A stretch of DNA of 61,108 nt, filler included. It is 12 parts of 12 records of this genome, joined end to end, with 100 filler letters (N's around TTAATTAATTAA, not from the genome) between each part and the next. Parts side by side here need not be neighbours in the genome. Positions count along the whole stretch, not along the records: positions 43,191 to 47,489 come from SRR15195285_7304; positions 47,590 to 52,438 come from SRR15195285_7309; positions 52,539 to 56,461 come from SRR15195285_7311; positions 56,562 to 61,108 come from SRR15195285_7312; 8 more parts are not named here. One strand, written 5' to 3'. The position numbers were made by a program, and so were the translations under genes. The notes beneath the pieces were generated by a model. The model was not told where the DNA came from. It did no database searches and worked only from the letters and a program-made list of their open reading frames with translations. Position 1 is the stretch's first letter. The number at the start of each line of letters is the position of its first letter. Below, piece by piece: positions 46,378 to 57,850 of this stretch.

Positions 46378-47113
46378 CTATCCGTAGCTGTTGCCCATGA
46401 GTTGCCATTCCTCTACACCTGCAGCATCTGTGTTGTGCTCCGTACGGCCACCGTATACCGTTCGCACACGGTGCGGCCACCCTGTATCGTGCACATCTTC
46501 TGAACTGGAACTGCTACCGTCTATCTGCTGGCTGGACTCGCCACCCAGCAGCATTACAATGGCCACGCAGGCCATCAGGACCAACAGATAGAGCCTCACA
46601 CCACTTCGATTTCTGGCAGAGGCTCTGCGAAGGAGTTGTTCACTCGTCGGCTCGTTGTTCGCGCGAGGCTGCGACTTGAGGTCCAGCTCTGTCCAAGCGT
46701 TGTCGCAACACTCTCGTGGATGCGCGGCTCCCCGACACACAGGACAGCTTGTCTCCTTAGCGCTCGCTTGTTGGTGCAGAAGCCACGAGCTGATGCAGGA
46801 GCAGTGAAATGTGTGCCCACAACACAAATGCAGAACCTTCTCTTCGCCACACATCACGGCCAGGCAGACGCTGCACGCCTCTTCTCCGAGCTCGACGTCG
46901 TTTCCTGCAGAACACGCTGCTGGTGCGGACGCGAGCGGCACCGCCTCCGGCATGTCACACTCTGGCGCGCTTTCCGGCATCCCTCTGTTCTGCTGTGCAA
47001 TGACGGGCGGCAAGAAGTCGAGATCAAACCTCCTGTGGCACCTCTTTCGCAGGCGCTCTCCTCGCTCCAGTGCGTGATCCCAACAGCCTCGGTGTCGCTG
47101 TCTTCCTGTTCAT
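46378..47113 (-). CDS. RING-H2 finger protein with a C-terminal TM segment; start and a short first intron are tentative
   Basis: CSVCL...LCCGHTFHCSCISSWL...CPVCR; hydrophobic LYLLVLMACVAIVMLL. Confidence 0.8.
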
Positions 47114-47489
47114 GAGGAGCGAGCGGCTGAGGCGGTGCAATGCACTCGCACTGTCTCTGCTCACCGCCTATAGTAGCCGAGTACGTGCGAATCGCCACAC
47201 CCTAGGGTGTGCGGCGCGCGGGTCGCGCGTGCGATGCGTGCATGCGTGTGCGCGAGCGCGTGCGTGATTCGCGCGCTTCGATTCGTTCCGTGCGCATGCT
47301 CGAATGCTGAAGGAACTGCTGAGATCATCCCCGGCATTATTCTCGACATTCGCTCCGCTACAGTACTGGTGGGGGCCACCAGGGATAAGAATTCCACTTT
47401 GAAGTTCTAAAGATCCATGAATTCAGAATCAGACTACAGAATTCCAGTACAATTATTCGTGCGTGATTCATTCGATTGATTGACGCAGT

Positions 47490-47589
47490 NNNNNNNNNNN
47501 NNNNNNNNNNNNNNNNNNNNNNNNNNNNNNNNNTTAATTAATTAANNNNNNNNNNNNNNNNNNNNNNNNNNNNNNNNNNNNNNNNNNNN
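47490..47589. other. Artificial contig spacer
   Basis: 44 N + TTAATTAATTAA + 44 N. Confidence 0.99.
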
Positions 47590-47797
47590 AGCGCAGCGCT
47601 GGCTGTGTTCACTGTGTTCTCTGCCTCTCTCTGCCTCTCTCTGTCGCTGTCTCTCTGCGTCGTTCTCCGGATCCATGTGCCGCCCCTTCTCCTTGCCTGC
47701 TTGGAGGAATCTCGGCAGAAGAGTCCCTCTCCTCCCTCGGCCTTGGCGTCCTGCTTGCATTGATCTGATCAAGGAAAGTTGCGCTGGGTCGGAACAG

Positions 47798-50700
47798 GTG
47801 CTGCGCGAGTCCCGCGAGAACCACGAGCGCTCGCTGCAGGGCGTGCTCACGGCCATCGCGCGGAAGCTGGACAAGCTGACGGTGGCGACCGAGGAGAACG
47901 CGGCCATGATGAAGGACAAGTACGCCAAGAAGGACGATGTGGAGACGGCCCTGAACAAGATCCGCAGGGACGTCCAAAGCCAGGAGTCGAAGGTGATCGC
48001 CAACGCGCGGAGCGCCGCGATGTCGAGCATCTCGGCGATGGACAAAAAGCTGGACCGTGAGAAGCAGAAGCTGGCCCGGGTGATAGCGGAGCAGGAGAGG
48101 ATGGTCAAGGAGCTGCGCGAGGTGCAGCACGAGATCGCGGAGGAGGATGCGGCGGAACAACTGATCAACGCTGGCGACACGGACGTGCTTACCATGAAAG
48201 ACGACGCTGCCAAGATGGCGGCACTTTTCGAGTCCGTCGCGGAGCAAGCGAACGCAGCGGAGGAGAAAATGCACCACATGCTGCAGGAGCAGGCCGAGCG
48301 GGACAACGAGTTCAACGACCTGAAAAGCAACATGAGCCGAGAAGCAGCGGACGCGCAGGCTCTGGCAATGCGACAGTCGCAAAACGCGGCAGAGCGGGAG
48401 GCCAAGCTTCAGGCAGAGATGATGAAGATGGCTACGGAGATGGGCCAAGGGGCAGCGGTCAGCAAAGAGATGGAGCAAAAGATGGCGGAGCAAGCGGCTG
48501 CGTTGGCGGCGTCCGATCGGGAGTCGGCGGAGACAATGGCTGCGTTGCAAGCAAAACTAGCAGAGGAGCAGGCAAAACTGGACGCCGCAGTAAACGTGCA
48601 GGGCGAGCAATCTGACTACAGGCAGCAATTGGAAGAGGAGCGGCGGAAGGAGCTAGCGGCTATGGAAGAGAAAATGCGGGCCGAAGCGGAGGAGCTTAGG
48701 CAGGAGCGTGCCGCAGCGGATCAGGCTGCAGAGGAGCTCAGGCAGCGCATGGACGCGGAGTTTGAAGCAAAGCTCGCTGCGGTCGAGAGCGGCGCACACA
48801 CAGAAGCTGGGGCTGCAGAACAGAAAGCTGCAATGATGATGCAGCAGTTGGAGCAAGAGCGCACCCTAATGCAGGATCGCGCGGATGCGCAGAAGGCTGC
48901 CGCAGAGGCTGCTCGCTTGCAAATGGAACAGCAGGTAGAGATGCTTGAGGCCCAAATGTCCCAAGCGGCAACGGCAACCAGCGACGACGGCAGCTCGAGC
49001 GGGATGGCCGAACTCAACTCCATGCAGTCCGAACTTAAGGCTGAGCGGGACCGCATGGCAGCTGCGCAGGCGGCTGCGGAACAGCGGGAGCGAACGGCGG
49101 AAGCAACTGCGACGCAAGAGCTTGAAAAACTGCAAGAGAAGCTCAAAGCTGAGAGTGGCGTGGACGCCGCGCAAGTCAAGGCCGAAATGGACAGGTTGCG
49201 CGCCGAAGAGCAAGAGAGAGTACAGGAGGCCACTCGCCGTCAGGACGAGGAGCGCGAACGAATGATGGGCGAAATGAAAAAGATGCAGCAGGCATTGCTT
49301 GCCGAGCGAGAGAAGGCTGCCTTAGATGCAGCCAGAATGAAGGCAGATGTTGAGGCAGCTGCGAAGGACCAAATGGACTCGCAACTCGCCCTTGTGAAGG
49401 CGGGAATGGAGGACCAGCTCTCGACGCAGCAGCAGGCAGAGAAGACGCGCCAGGCGCTGGAGGCAGAAGCGGCAAAGACACAAATGGAACAGATCCAGGC
49501 GCAGATTGAGGAGGAGAAACGCCGAAGGGCCAGCGAGCTCGAGACGGAGAAGCAAAAACTGGTTGCTTTCCAGGAGCAGATCAAGACCGACTTGGCGAAC
49601 GCGCCAGTTGTGCCACCGGAGCAGCGGGTGATGGATCTGATCATCGAACAGAAAGCGTCACCGAAGCTTATCGAGCTTGTGCTTGAGAAGAAGGTAGTCA
49701 ATAAGATCGTGGAGAAAAACATCATCGACAGGATCCTGGAGAAGGACCCATCTAAAGACCGTACCGAGCTCAGCAAAATGAGCCGAGATGAGCTGAACCA
49801 ATTGGTGCAGGATGCTGGTCTTGCAGACGAGATTGCAGAAATGGTCCAGAGTATAACCGTGGATCTCAGCCAACTGAATCTCAAGCAGCTCAAGAAGCGG
49901 GCAAACGATCTCGGCATGGAGGCGGACATAGAGGAGCTGGTTCAGAACAACACTTCGCTGCTGACAAAGTTAGACCTCAATGAGCTGAAAAAGGTGGCAG
50001 CAGACAATGGTGTGGACAAAGAGGATGTATCTGTAGCAGTGAAGAGTGTAAGTGCGGAGTTGAGCAAACTGCAGCTCCACAAAATGAGTCTCGCAGAACT
50101 AACGAAGGCCGCGGAAGGCCTGGGTGTAGACCCCGCCGCGTTGGCAAGAGCCAATGCCTCGGCGGCTACTGCGCGACCCCAGGCTGGGACAGACAAGAGG
50201 CCAAACTCTCCCAACGAGATTACTAAGAAGGGCAAATCTCGTGTGCAGCGCAAGCTGGACGAGAAGGTGCTCATCGAGGAGCTGCGTGGGCGGGTCGGGG
50301 CACTGACACTCAAGATGAGTCGGCTGAGCAAGCTACTTGCCGGGATGGATGGTGCGGATGACTTCATCCCGTTTGTGACCCAGCGGCTCAAGGAGCTCAA
50401 CGACAAAAAGGCTGACCGAACGGACTTGATAGACCTAGAGCAGAAACTGATGGACATGGGCGTGGGTGGTGGAGAATCCATGGGCAATGCTCTCAAGTCT
50501 ATGGAGAGTTCCATCGATGACATCGCCGCGCGGTTGGCGGACCTGATCGCCAACAAGGTCGATATGACGCATGTGACAGGCGAGGCGGAAAAGGTCGAAG
50601 GGAAGCTGCAGCAGGAAATCGACAAGCTCGCAGAAGAGCTGGTACGAATATATAGAACGACGGACGCTCGAATCGACGATGTGGATGAGGTCAAGGCTGA

Positions 50701-51544
50701 AAAAGATTGGATCGAGGACATGATTGCCAAGATCCGCAGGCAGGTCGGGGCGCTAAAGAAGCAGGTTGGCGAGGGCGGCGGGGCAGATGAGAGTGCTATG
50801 GGCATGCTTGCAGGCTCCCTAAACGCGCTGATGGTAAAGGGTGAGCACCCGCCAAACTGGCCGCCAGACATTTCACATGACGAGAACAATATGACGCACA
50901 AAAGAGCCAGCGGTGCTGGACGGCAGCTAGTGTACAAGGGTGGGTTCCCTATGGTGAACTCGACCATGCCTATTCCGACGAGGACTTCCATGGACATGAG
51001 CTCTGGAGTGATGCGCGAGACCATGGCGCACGGACAGCTCACGCGTGCGGCTGCGTCTGAGCTGCTGCCTCGCATGATGTCCGAGGCGGACTTCAATGCA
51101 ACTATGGGTTCGCTGGCTGGTGGAGAAAGTGCGACACTGACGGCAGACCTTGTCGATAGGTTCCGCAAGTCGATCTGGCCGCCACCGTCCGTCCCCGCTT
51201 TCGGGTCGTGGCCGAGCCCAGGAGATGTGTTAGATCGTGCAGAGAGTCTCGGGCAGACCGCGAACCTCGGTGCGACTGCACCGGCAGGAGGATTTGGAGC
51301 TAGTGCAGCGAATATCTCCGCGAGTAGCGGGCCGCTATCACCGTTGCGCGAAGAGTCACGGTCGGGACTGCGATCGCCTACACGGACACCTTCGCGGCTA
51401 CAGATGCAACGTGGTGCGCGCACGAAAGGAGGTGGCGTCAAGATGACTCCACCTACCGTCCGCCGTCAGGTGGAACCAGAGCCGGAGTTTCAGACTCTAC
51501 AGGTGCGGACAGGGCGAGCTTCGGCACCTCCTTCCGTTGTGTGA
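47798..51544 (+). CDS. Large coiled-coil protein; 5'-truncated, exon probably starting after CAG at 47797
   Basis: About 1250 codons rich in E/Q/A/K/M heptads, with KAD/KVD/KAE motifs; the upstream CT-rich tract looks intronic. Confidence 0.85.
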   Translation: MLRESRENHERSLQGVLTAIARKLDKLTVATEENAAMMKDKYAKKDDVETALNKIRRDVQSQESKVIANARSAAMSSISAMDKKLDREKQKLARVIAEQERMVKELREVQHEIAEEDAAEQLINAGDTDVLTMKDDAAKMAALFESVAEQANAAEEKMHHMLQEQAERDNEFNDLKSNMSREAADAQALAMRQSQNAAEREAKLQAEMMKMATEMGQGAAVSKEMEQKMAEQAAALAASDRESAETMAALQAKLAEEQAKLDAAVNVQGEQSDYRQQLEEERRKELAAMEEKMRAEAEELRQERAAADQAAEELRQRMDAEFEAKLAAVESGAHTEAGAAEQKAAMMMQQLEQERTLMQDRADAQKAAAEAARLQMEQQVEMLEAQMSQAATATSDDGSSSGMAELNSMQSELKAERDRMAAAQAAAEQRERTAEATATQELEKLQEKLKAESGVDAAQVKAEMDRLRAEEQERVQEATRRQDEERERMMGEMKKMQQALLAEREKAALDAARMKADVEAAAKDQMDSQLALVKAGMEDQLSTQQQAEKTRQALEAEAAKTQMEQIQAQIEEEKRRRASELETEKQKLVAFQEQIKTDLANAPVVPPEQRVMDLIIEQKASPKLIELVLEKKVVNKIVEKNIIDRILEKDPSKDRTELSKMSRDELNQLVQDAGLADEIAEMVQSITVDLSQLNLKQLKKRANDLGMEADIEELVQNNTSLLTKLDLNELKKVAADNGVDKEDVSVAVKSVSAELSKLQLHKMSLAELTKAAEGLGVDPAALARANASAATARPQAGTDKRPNSPNEITKKGKSRVQRKLDEKVLIEELRGRVGALTLKMSRLSKLLAGMDGADDFIPFVTQRLKELNDKKADRTDLIDLEQKLMDMGVGGGESMGNALKSMESSIDDIAARLADLIANKVDMTHVTGEAEKVEGKLQQEIDKLAEELVRIYRTTDARIDDVDEVKAEKDWIEDMIAKIRRQVGALKKQVGEGGGADESAMGMLAGSLNALMVKGEHPPNWPPDISHDENNMTHKRASGAGRQLVYKGGFPMVNSTMPIPTRTSMDMSSGVMRETMAHGQLTRAAASELLPRMMSEADFNATMGSLAGGESATLTADLVDRFRKSIWPPPSVPAFGSWPSPGDVLDRAESLGQTANLGATAPAGGFGASAANISASSGPLSPLREESRSGLRSPTRTPSRLQMQRGARTKGGGVKMTPPTVRRQVEPEPEFQTLQVRTGRASAPPSVV

Positions 51545-52438
51545 TGGCGGAACGATCTGTGATGTTGCCGCAATGCCGGGACCTCCAGCGTTGTGTCTGT
51601 GTTGGGCTAGGTAGTTTTCGTTCTCATAATTATTTTGTAATGCATCCATGGTTATACGGTAATCCTTTTGACCTCCGATCCTCCGTACTTGTCGCATTCC
51701 GCAACGGTACTGTACTTAGGCGTACTATCATCGCCATTGTTGCATAAACCAAAGTTGAGACCCGATCGCTCGCGTCCCAGCTGAAAAAGTTAAACATACA
51801 TAAACATGTGTGCGCGAAAAATGCGTTGTGGAACTATCCGAATTCGATTGTGTGTCTGCGAGACAATATGGCCCACCAATACATTCGGCTCGTCAGTCGC
51901 AACTTGATATCTAGAGGGCATACGAACACATGGGCGCCGCAACAAATGCCCCACCTCGGCAAACAAAAAAAAACGGAACCTATCGCTCGCCGTCTTCAAC
52001 GTGAACGCATGAGTGCCCACGGCCCCAAGGTAAAACGACGCCGTCGGCGCAAACCATGGCGCAAACCAGCCACAAACCACGAAATTATTTCGCGGTCCGG
52101 CCACGGACGGCGCTCTCGTCGCGAGCCACTCGCGCCACACGTTTCTCGTTTGGGTCGCGCGATGCCTGATGATATCATCGTACCGGTACGACACCGGTCG
52201 CGTACCGGTACATGTGCCTACTGTACTGTACTATTCGAATACTATTCATAGATCTATTATAGTAGACCTGGGTACCGGAATCAAGGCAAGCACCCCACTG
52301 AATCTGGTTCATGCACCACCGCCAAGCAATTTCCAACTCTCTTTTCTCAGAGAGGAGTTTGGACTTACCTTTTGCTGGGGCGACCACGTGGTGAGTGTTC
52401 TGCAGCCGGGGGGCGTTTACGCCCCTTGAGCCGCTTAA

Positions 52439-52538
52439 NNNNNNNNNNNNNNNNNNNNNNNNNNNNNNNNNNNNNNNNNNNNTTAATTAATTAANNNNNN
52501 NNNNNNNNNNNNNNNNNNNNNNNNNNNNNNNNNNNNNN
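52439..52538. other. Artificial contig spacer
   Basis: 44 N + TTAATTAATTAA + 44 N. Confidence 0.99.
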
Positions 52539-55500
52539 CTGCTGCTGCTGCTGCTGCTGCTCCTGCTCGCGGATACCGGCGCGGCGGCGCAGCAGGCCTG
52601 CCCGGGATCGCACCTGACGGCCATGGCCACCATCAAGAACTACTCCTACCCCGGTGTCCTGCCACCGACCTCGCCTGCGCTCGACCTGCTCGTTTGCGAG
52701 GACCTCTCCAGGCCGAACGGGTCCATCACCTTCGTCCTCGCCCCCGGCCAGCCAGCGGACCGTGCGCACGAGCACGAGGTCATCACGCTCCCAAAGCGCG
52801 TGTACGCCAACACGGTGGAGAATGACGACGTGTATCTTGGCAACATGACGAAGCAGCAGGTGATGAGTGCCCCAACCGACATCATGGGGAACTTCCTTCT
52901 TGGTGCGATGAACCCGCTCAGCTTGCCCAGCCCAAGTGTCACCCACACCTACCTACGCGCCTGCTCCGGCCATTACCCGCAGGTATCCACGGCAACCCAC
53001 CACGGGCGGCCGAGCCGACGCTGCACGAGGTGCAGGGCGCGATCCCACCCATCCGTCTCATCAACGGCGCGCGCATATGGACCGCCAACCGTTTCTCTGC
53101 CGTCGATGCCACATTCGACACCTCCGGCGCCAACAATGGCGCCGGCACGCCATCTCCTTCCGAGGTGATACGCGCGCTGCCGGGGGCCGCGTCCCCAAAA
53201 TTCGACCACGAAGGGCTCATTGGCAATGAACTGCCCATCCTGCTGCTGAACTTTCCTGTCCATGGGGCGGACGTCCCAAAGCCCGAGCCGAGCAGTGCAG
53301 GCTGCAAGGATGGTCAGGATTGTTGCTTTGGGTTGGACCTGCCGAAGCGTGGCTACAGCCACCCCGCCTCCAGTGCTGCTGCCTGCCAGCGGCTCTGCAA
53401 TGCAACACACAGCTGTGCAGCGTTTGTTTTCAAAGCGTCGGCAAACAGCGAGCACAATTGCTGGCTCAAAAGTGCGGTTGTGCCCGCCGAGAACCACTCC
53501 GCAATTTGGGCGTCCACTGGCTCTTGCGTCGGCCGGCGCGGTGGCCCTCCGGTCACCCCCCCGGCCCCGGCTTCGACTGCGATGGGAACCTTTTGGGAAA
53601 TGTCGGTGGTGCCACAGCAGCTGGGGACAGGCAAGGAGCAGCCAGTGTTCTTTCGGTTCCTATCAAAGAACGCCACAGGGCACGCTGCACTCTACTTCGA
53701 CTCGTTTGCCTACATCCCATCCTGGTAAGCAACCAATCCATACACGCTTAACTGTCAAGTCCACCGCAGTGAAACCTTCGTGGCGTAGGTGCAACTCCGA
53801 CACACTTGCGGGCTGCGACGCACCGTCGGATTACTACCGCGCGATGCTTGACACGTACTACTTCTGGCAGCAGACTTGGCAGCGCGAGGGTCGTATGGAG
53901 GTATCGCTACCGCATCGAAACGATACTGATGGAGCCCACCTGGCGGCGCAGGCGCGGTATGCTTTGGTGCTCGACATGATCACGAGGACAGGCGAAGAGT
54001 TTTGGCCACGCTACGGCACTGCGCCAGGATGTAAGTACTGCCTTGTTTTTTCCAACCAAACGGTCGTGCTGTGGCTGAACCTTGTGGGGCTCTGTTTCAG
54101 ATGAACAGCCAGGGATCGGCGCGGACGGGTTCCAAGAAATCTTTACGGCGACGATGATGGCTAGTCTCGAGTGGGGATGTTTCGAGTACGCGCGTGGTGT
54201 GCTAGACAATTGGCTAACGTACTTTATCAAGGACAAAGGTTTCGTCCTATATCGGGGTTTGGAGATGGCACAACATGGTCGGATGCTCACCAATATTGCT
54301 CAGTGTACGTTGGTCATACAGTGATGGCTATGTCGTTGCTTTCCAGTTTCCTGACTGATGCTTGTCTGCTGTGTACAGACTACAAGTACACTGGTGACGG
54401 TGCACTCTTGCTCAAGCACCTCGACAAGATCGAGGGTATCGCGTGGCTACTCCGCCAGCGTCGCACTGCTGCCCTCGCCGCGTATCCAGAGTCGGACTCT
54501 CGACATGGTATGCCTACAGGTATTCTCCCTCTCAAACATTGTTCTGTTCATGCTGTTGTGAATGCCAACCTTGTTCATCAAAAGAAACGTCGTGGAGCAG
54601 GCAACGATGAAGCCGACCTCTTCTGGAGCACCGTTCAGGGGAGCCCAGATACCGAGATGCCGTTCATCTCTATCGGTGCAACCTCACCCCTGCACTCCAT
54701 CTACCGATTGACAGTTGCTGACTGTCGCGGCTGGCTGCAAGAGGCTCAGCTGCTGTTGTGCGGATGGTGCAGCTGCAGAGATGTGGCGTGGTTTTCGCGA
54801 TTGTGGCGAGGCCCTTACTGCTGTCGGCGGCCCCGCGGCCACGCTTGGCAAGGCTATGTCCAGCGAGGCTCCACCACTGCTCGCCCAGCTCCGCAAATCG
54901 ATGAAGATGGATGCTGGGCCACCGTCGACAAAGGCACGATGCTTTCCATACGTTGCCGGCGTCAAGGAATGCGGGTGCGCCCAATTCCACTGCTTGTCTC
55001 AACAGTCGTCGTTTAATTTTGTTTGCATGCATGCCGGACCAATGATATCGTGGATGGGTGCAGGATGATCAAGACAGAACCGTCAAATCGTGACTCAGAG
55101 CCATGGCGAACATATGCCGAGGCACTGTACTCCGGAGCTATCGACCCCCCAGTTATTTCGGAGATCCTTGAGTGGCACCAAACTCAGCAGGGCAGCAACG
55201 TCAAAGGCTCCCGCCTCAAGCTTGGTGCACTCTCTGGGTGCGGTGGTGATGTCCACTGCGGCGACAGCCTGGAGACTTTCACCTGCCACGGCTGGGGGAC
55301 TGGGCTGCTGCAGGCTGATGAGATTGAGCCGTACCTGCTGCAGATGTATACCTGGAGTGCGCATGCCTACACCCGAGGCACCACAATCGCCCCGGAGTCG
55401 ACCGTAATCGATCGGACCAAGGGCTCGCCCTCCTTTGCCACACCAGCCGGCGTGACGGCGCCGATCATGCTGAAGTGGGCGTTGGTGTGGGAGGATCCAA

Positions 55501-55874
55501 TTGAGCGAAGCCTGTGGTTCGGCAAGGCCCTGCCTCGCGTCTGGCTGGAGGAAGGCGAAGATGTGACTGTAAGTGGCGCTAGTAGTGCGTACGGCAGGAT
55601 GGGTCTGTCCATCCACTCCACTTTCCGCAGCGCCAAGACCATCACCGCCAACGTCACAGTCCCAAAGAGCTGGGCCACGAGCGGCGCTCCGAGCGGTGGG
55701 ATGCGGTTGCGGCTACGCTGCCCGGACAAGACGTCACAGATCAAGTCAGTGACGATCGGTGGCTCTGCATGGAAGGGATTCAACGCGACGGAGGAGACGG
55801 TCGTACTAAGCAAGGACGACCTCGCGGTGTCTGGTGTGCTGGCTAAGATGCAGCACGTGGTTGTGCAGTACTGA
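52539..55874 (+). CDS. Secreted putative (alpha/alpha)6 glycoside-hydrolase-like protein with a PAN/Apple module; introns 52936-52982, 53725-53788, 54031-54100, 54305-54378, 54520-54600, 54676-54772, 54975-55063
   Basis: Poly-Leu signal at the edge; ACQRLCNATHSCAAFVF...CWLKS; WPRYG...DGFQEIFT...LEWG; YYKYTGD; LWFGKALPRVWL...YGR; LRLRCP. Every splice restores frame. Confidence 0.8.
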
Positions 55875-56361
55875 GGTGCAAACATCATTTAGGGTGAACG
55901 TCTCTGCCCGATTCGAGCGTAGTAGAGTCGGCGTCTGTGCACATAGCCTCGAGAGCCATTGGACGGTGCGAGCAGCGTGAAATTATACTGCTGGCGCCGA
56001 CAATGCATTTTGTTGTTGACCTGAGAGCAATGCATATTACTGTTGGCAGACGGCGTGTCTGTCGCAAACGATTATTAAGGGTGTTCTGAATTGTACCTCG
56101 AGCCAGAACACCCATAGTGCTTGCTTGCGTTGCAGACAGCAGATGCTGCCACACCAGGTACCGTAGTGTCCGGTGCAGCCATGCGGATTGGGCATCGATC
56201 CGACGCCACCCCACGGGTTGCTGCCCCCTTACAGTCAGTGTTAGAGAAAAGAGTTCTAGGCCACCCCTGAATCACAGTTATAGAGGAACAGCGGGAGGAG
56301 ACCATGCGTTGCAATGCCTTTAGGAACTCGGGCGCTGTTCAATGACATCTCAAATACCTGC

Positions 56362-56461
56362 ATAGGATTCTCACCCTACAGAATCCTATCTAGGATACAG
56401 CTGTAGGATAGTGATCTTGCAGTGTCGATTTTCATCCTACAGTGTAGGATTCTCATCCTAC
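56362..56461. repeat. Cluster of TAGGAT/ATCCTA inverted and direct repeats at the contig end
   Basis: IR 56362-56370/56381-56389; IR 56434-56441/56443-56450; DR TAGGATTCTCA(C/T)CCTAC at 56363 and 56445. Confidence 0.75.
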
Positions 56462-56561
56462 NNNNNNNNNNNNNNNNNNNNNNNNNNNNNNNNNNNNNNN
56501 NNNNNTTAATTAATTAANNNNNNNNNNNNNNNNNNNNNNNNNNNNNNNNNNNNNNNNNNNN
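56462..56561. other. Artificial contig spacer
   Basis: 44 N + TTAATTAATTAA + 44 N. Confidence 0.99.
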
Positions 56562-57515
56562 CCGCCGCAGGTGGCGCCGCCCCTGCCGGCGGCGCCGCCG
56601 GCGGCGCCTTTCCGCCGAGCCCCGCGGCTGCAGCGCTCGCCGCTACCCCCGCGGCCATCCCGGACAAGTACATCGCCGCGGAGAACCAGCTCTACCTCGG
56701 CAAGGCGGCGGACTCGACGCACGGCCTGGAGGTGCTGCTCGGGATCAGCGGCCCCATGCTCGGGAAGTTCATGCAGGATCCCATCGCGGCCATCAAGCGT
56801 GAGTTCGCGCAGCACGGCAGCGCCGAGGACAAATCCAACCTCGCTCGCGTCCTCGACGGCAGCTTCGACGGCAAGACGCTCGAGGTGCTCGTCGTGCACC
56901 AGCACGCGCGGATGGCGAAGCTCGAGGTGCAACACGTTCTCGCACTCAGGATGTACACGACTTCGTCCTTCAGCTGCATCAACGACCCGCTCCGCATGAA
57001 GCCTCCGCAGCGGTGCGACGCCGGACCAGTCTTTCTCCCAAGCCGCGTAGCACGGATCGCCGTACTAACGCCAAGATACGCTGCGCTGCTGCGACAGGCC
57101 CCATCCGTTTGCGGCAACGACCTGGTACTGCGACCAGGGTGTGAAGAAGCTGCGAGCGGTCGCGGCGGAACGAGAAGATGCACACAGCCTGCAGATCTTC
57201 TGGCGTGGCATGAGGGACCTTGGGCTTACCGCTGAGTTCATCTCGAAGGGCGGTACGGAGTTTGCGTTCCTCTCGACGTCTGCCTCGATGGAGGTTGCTG
57301 TGAACTTCGCCGTTTCTCAGCTGCCCCTCATTTTCAAGTTCGAGACCAAGGACTTCACGTCACGCGGGGCGGACGTGTCTTTTCTGTCTGTCTATCCGGG
57401 AGAACAGGAGGCACTGTATCCGCCGCTGACATTCCTCCGCTCCGTCGGGATGCACAAGGAGATGCTCGGTGGGCTCGAAGTTGTTGTTGTGACTGTCGAG
57501 CCAGTGTTCATGTAA
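56562..57515 (+). CDS. Mono-ADP-ribosyltransferase domain protein (ARTC, R-S-E class); 5'-truncated; intron 57013-57097
   Basis: ALRMYT...INDPLR, FWRGM, FLSTS, YPGEQEALYPP. The intron has a TACTAAC branch point at 57063-57069. Confidence 0.85.
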
Positions 57516-57850
57516 ATAACCCAGGACAATGTACTGGATTTCACTTAGATTGTTCTTACTAATGGCAGACTCAAAGTAGACCTGCAGAAAGCTCAACTAG
57601 AGGAGACGGTTCGCGACCGGCATCACCTTTCCAGGCGCCCCCCGGGGTTCATCGCATGGTCATGATCAGGCCGCGTGCGTGTTGAGACTCAGATGATGAG
57701 ATCTCGAGTTGCAGCGTTGTCGTATTTAAAGCTTAGTCGTTACATTCATTTGTGGCTTTGATTGTCAATATTTCGTCCTTAACCCCTCCCTCTTGCACAC
57801 CATCGTCATGCAGCACATCAAGTTCTCTGCTGTGTGCACGATTCTCTAGT

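Noticed and set aside
49942-51441. 499-aa antisense ORF, and similar ones such as 25547-26551 and 47609-48550
   Set aside because: Shadow ORFs opposite GC-rich coding sequence, with no motifs.
51790-52430. Overlapping short ORFs after the coiled-coil gene
   Set aside because: No motifs; the region looks intergenic or repeat-derived.
4862-56561. Recurring TTAATTAATTAA as a biological repeat or CRISPR-like array
   Set aside because: Always centred in an identical 100-nt N spacer; it is a six-frame-stop scaffolding linker.
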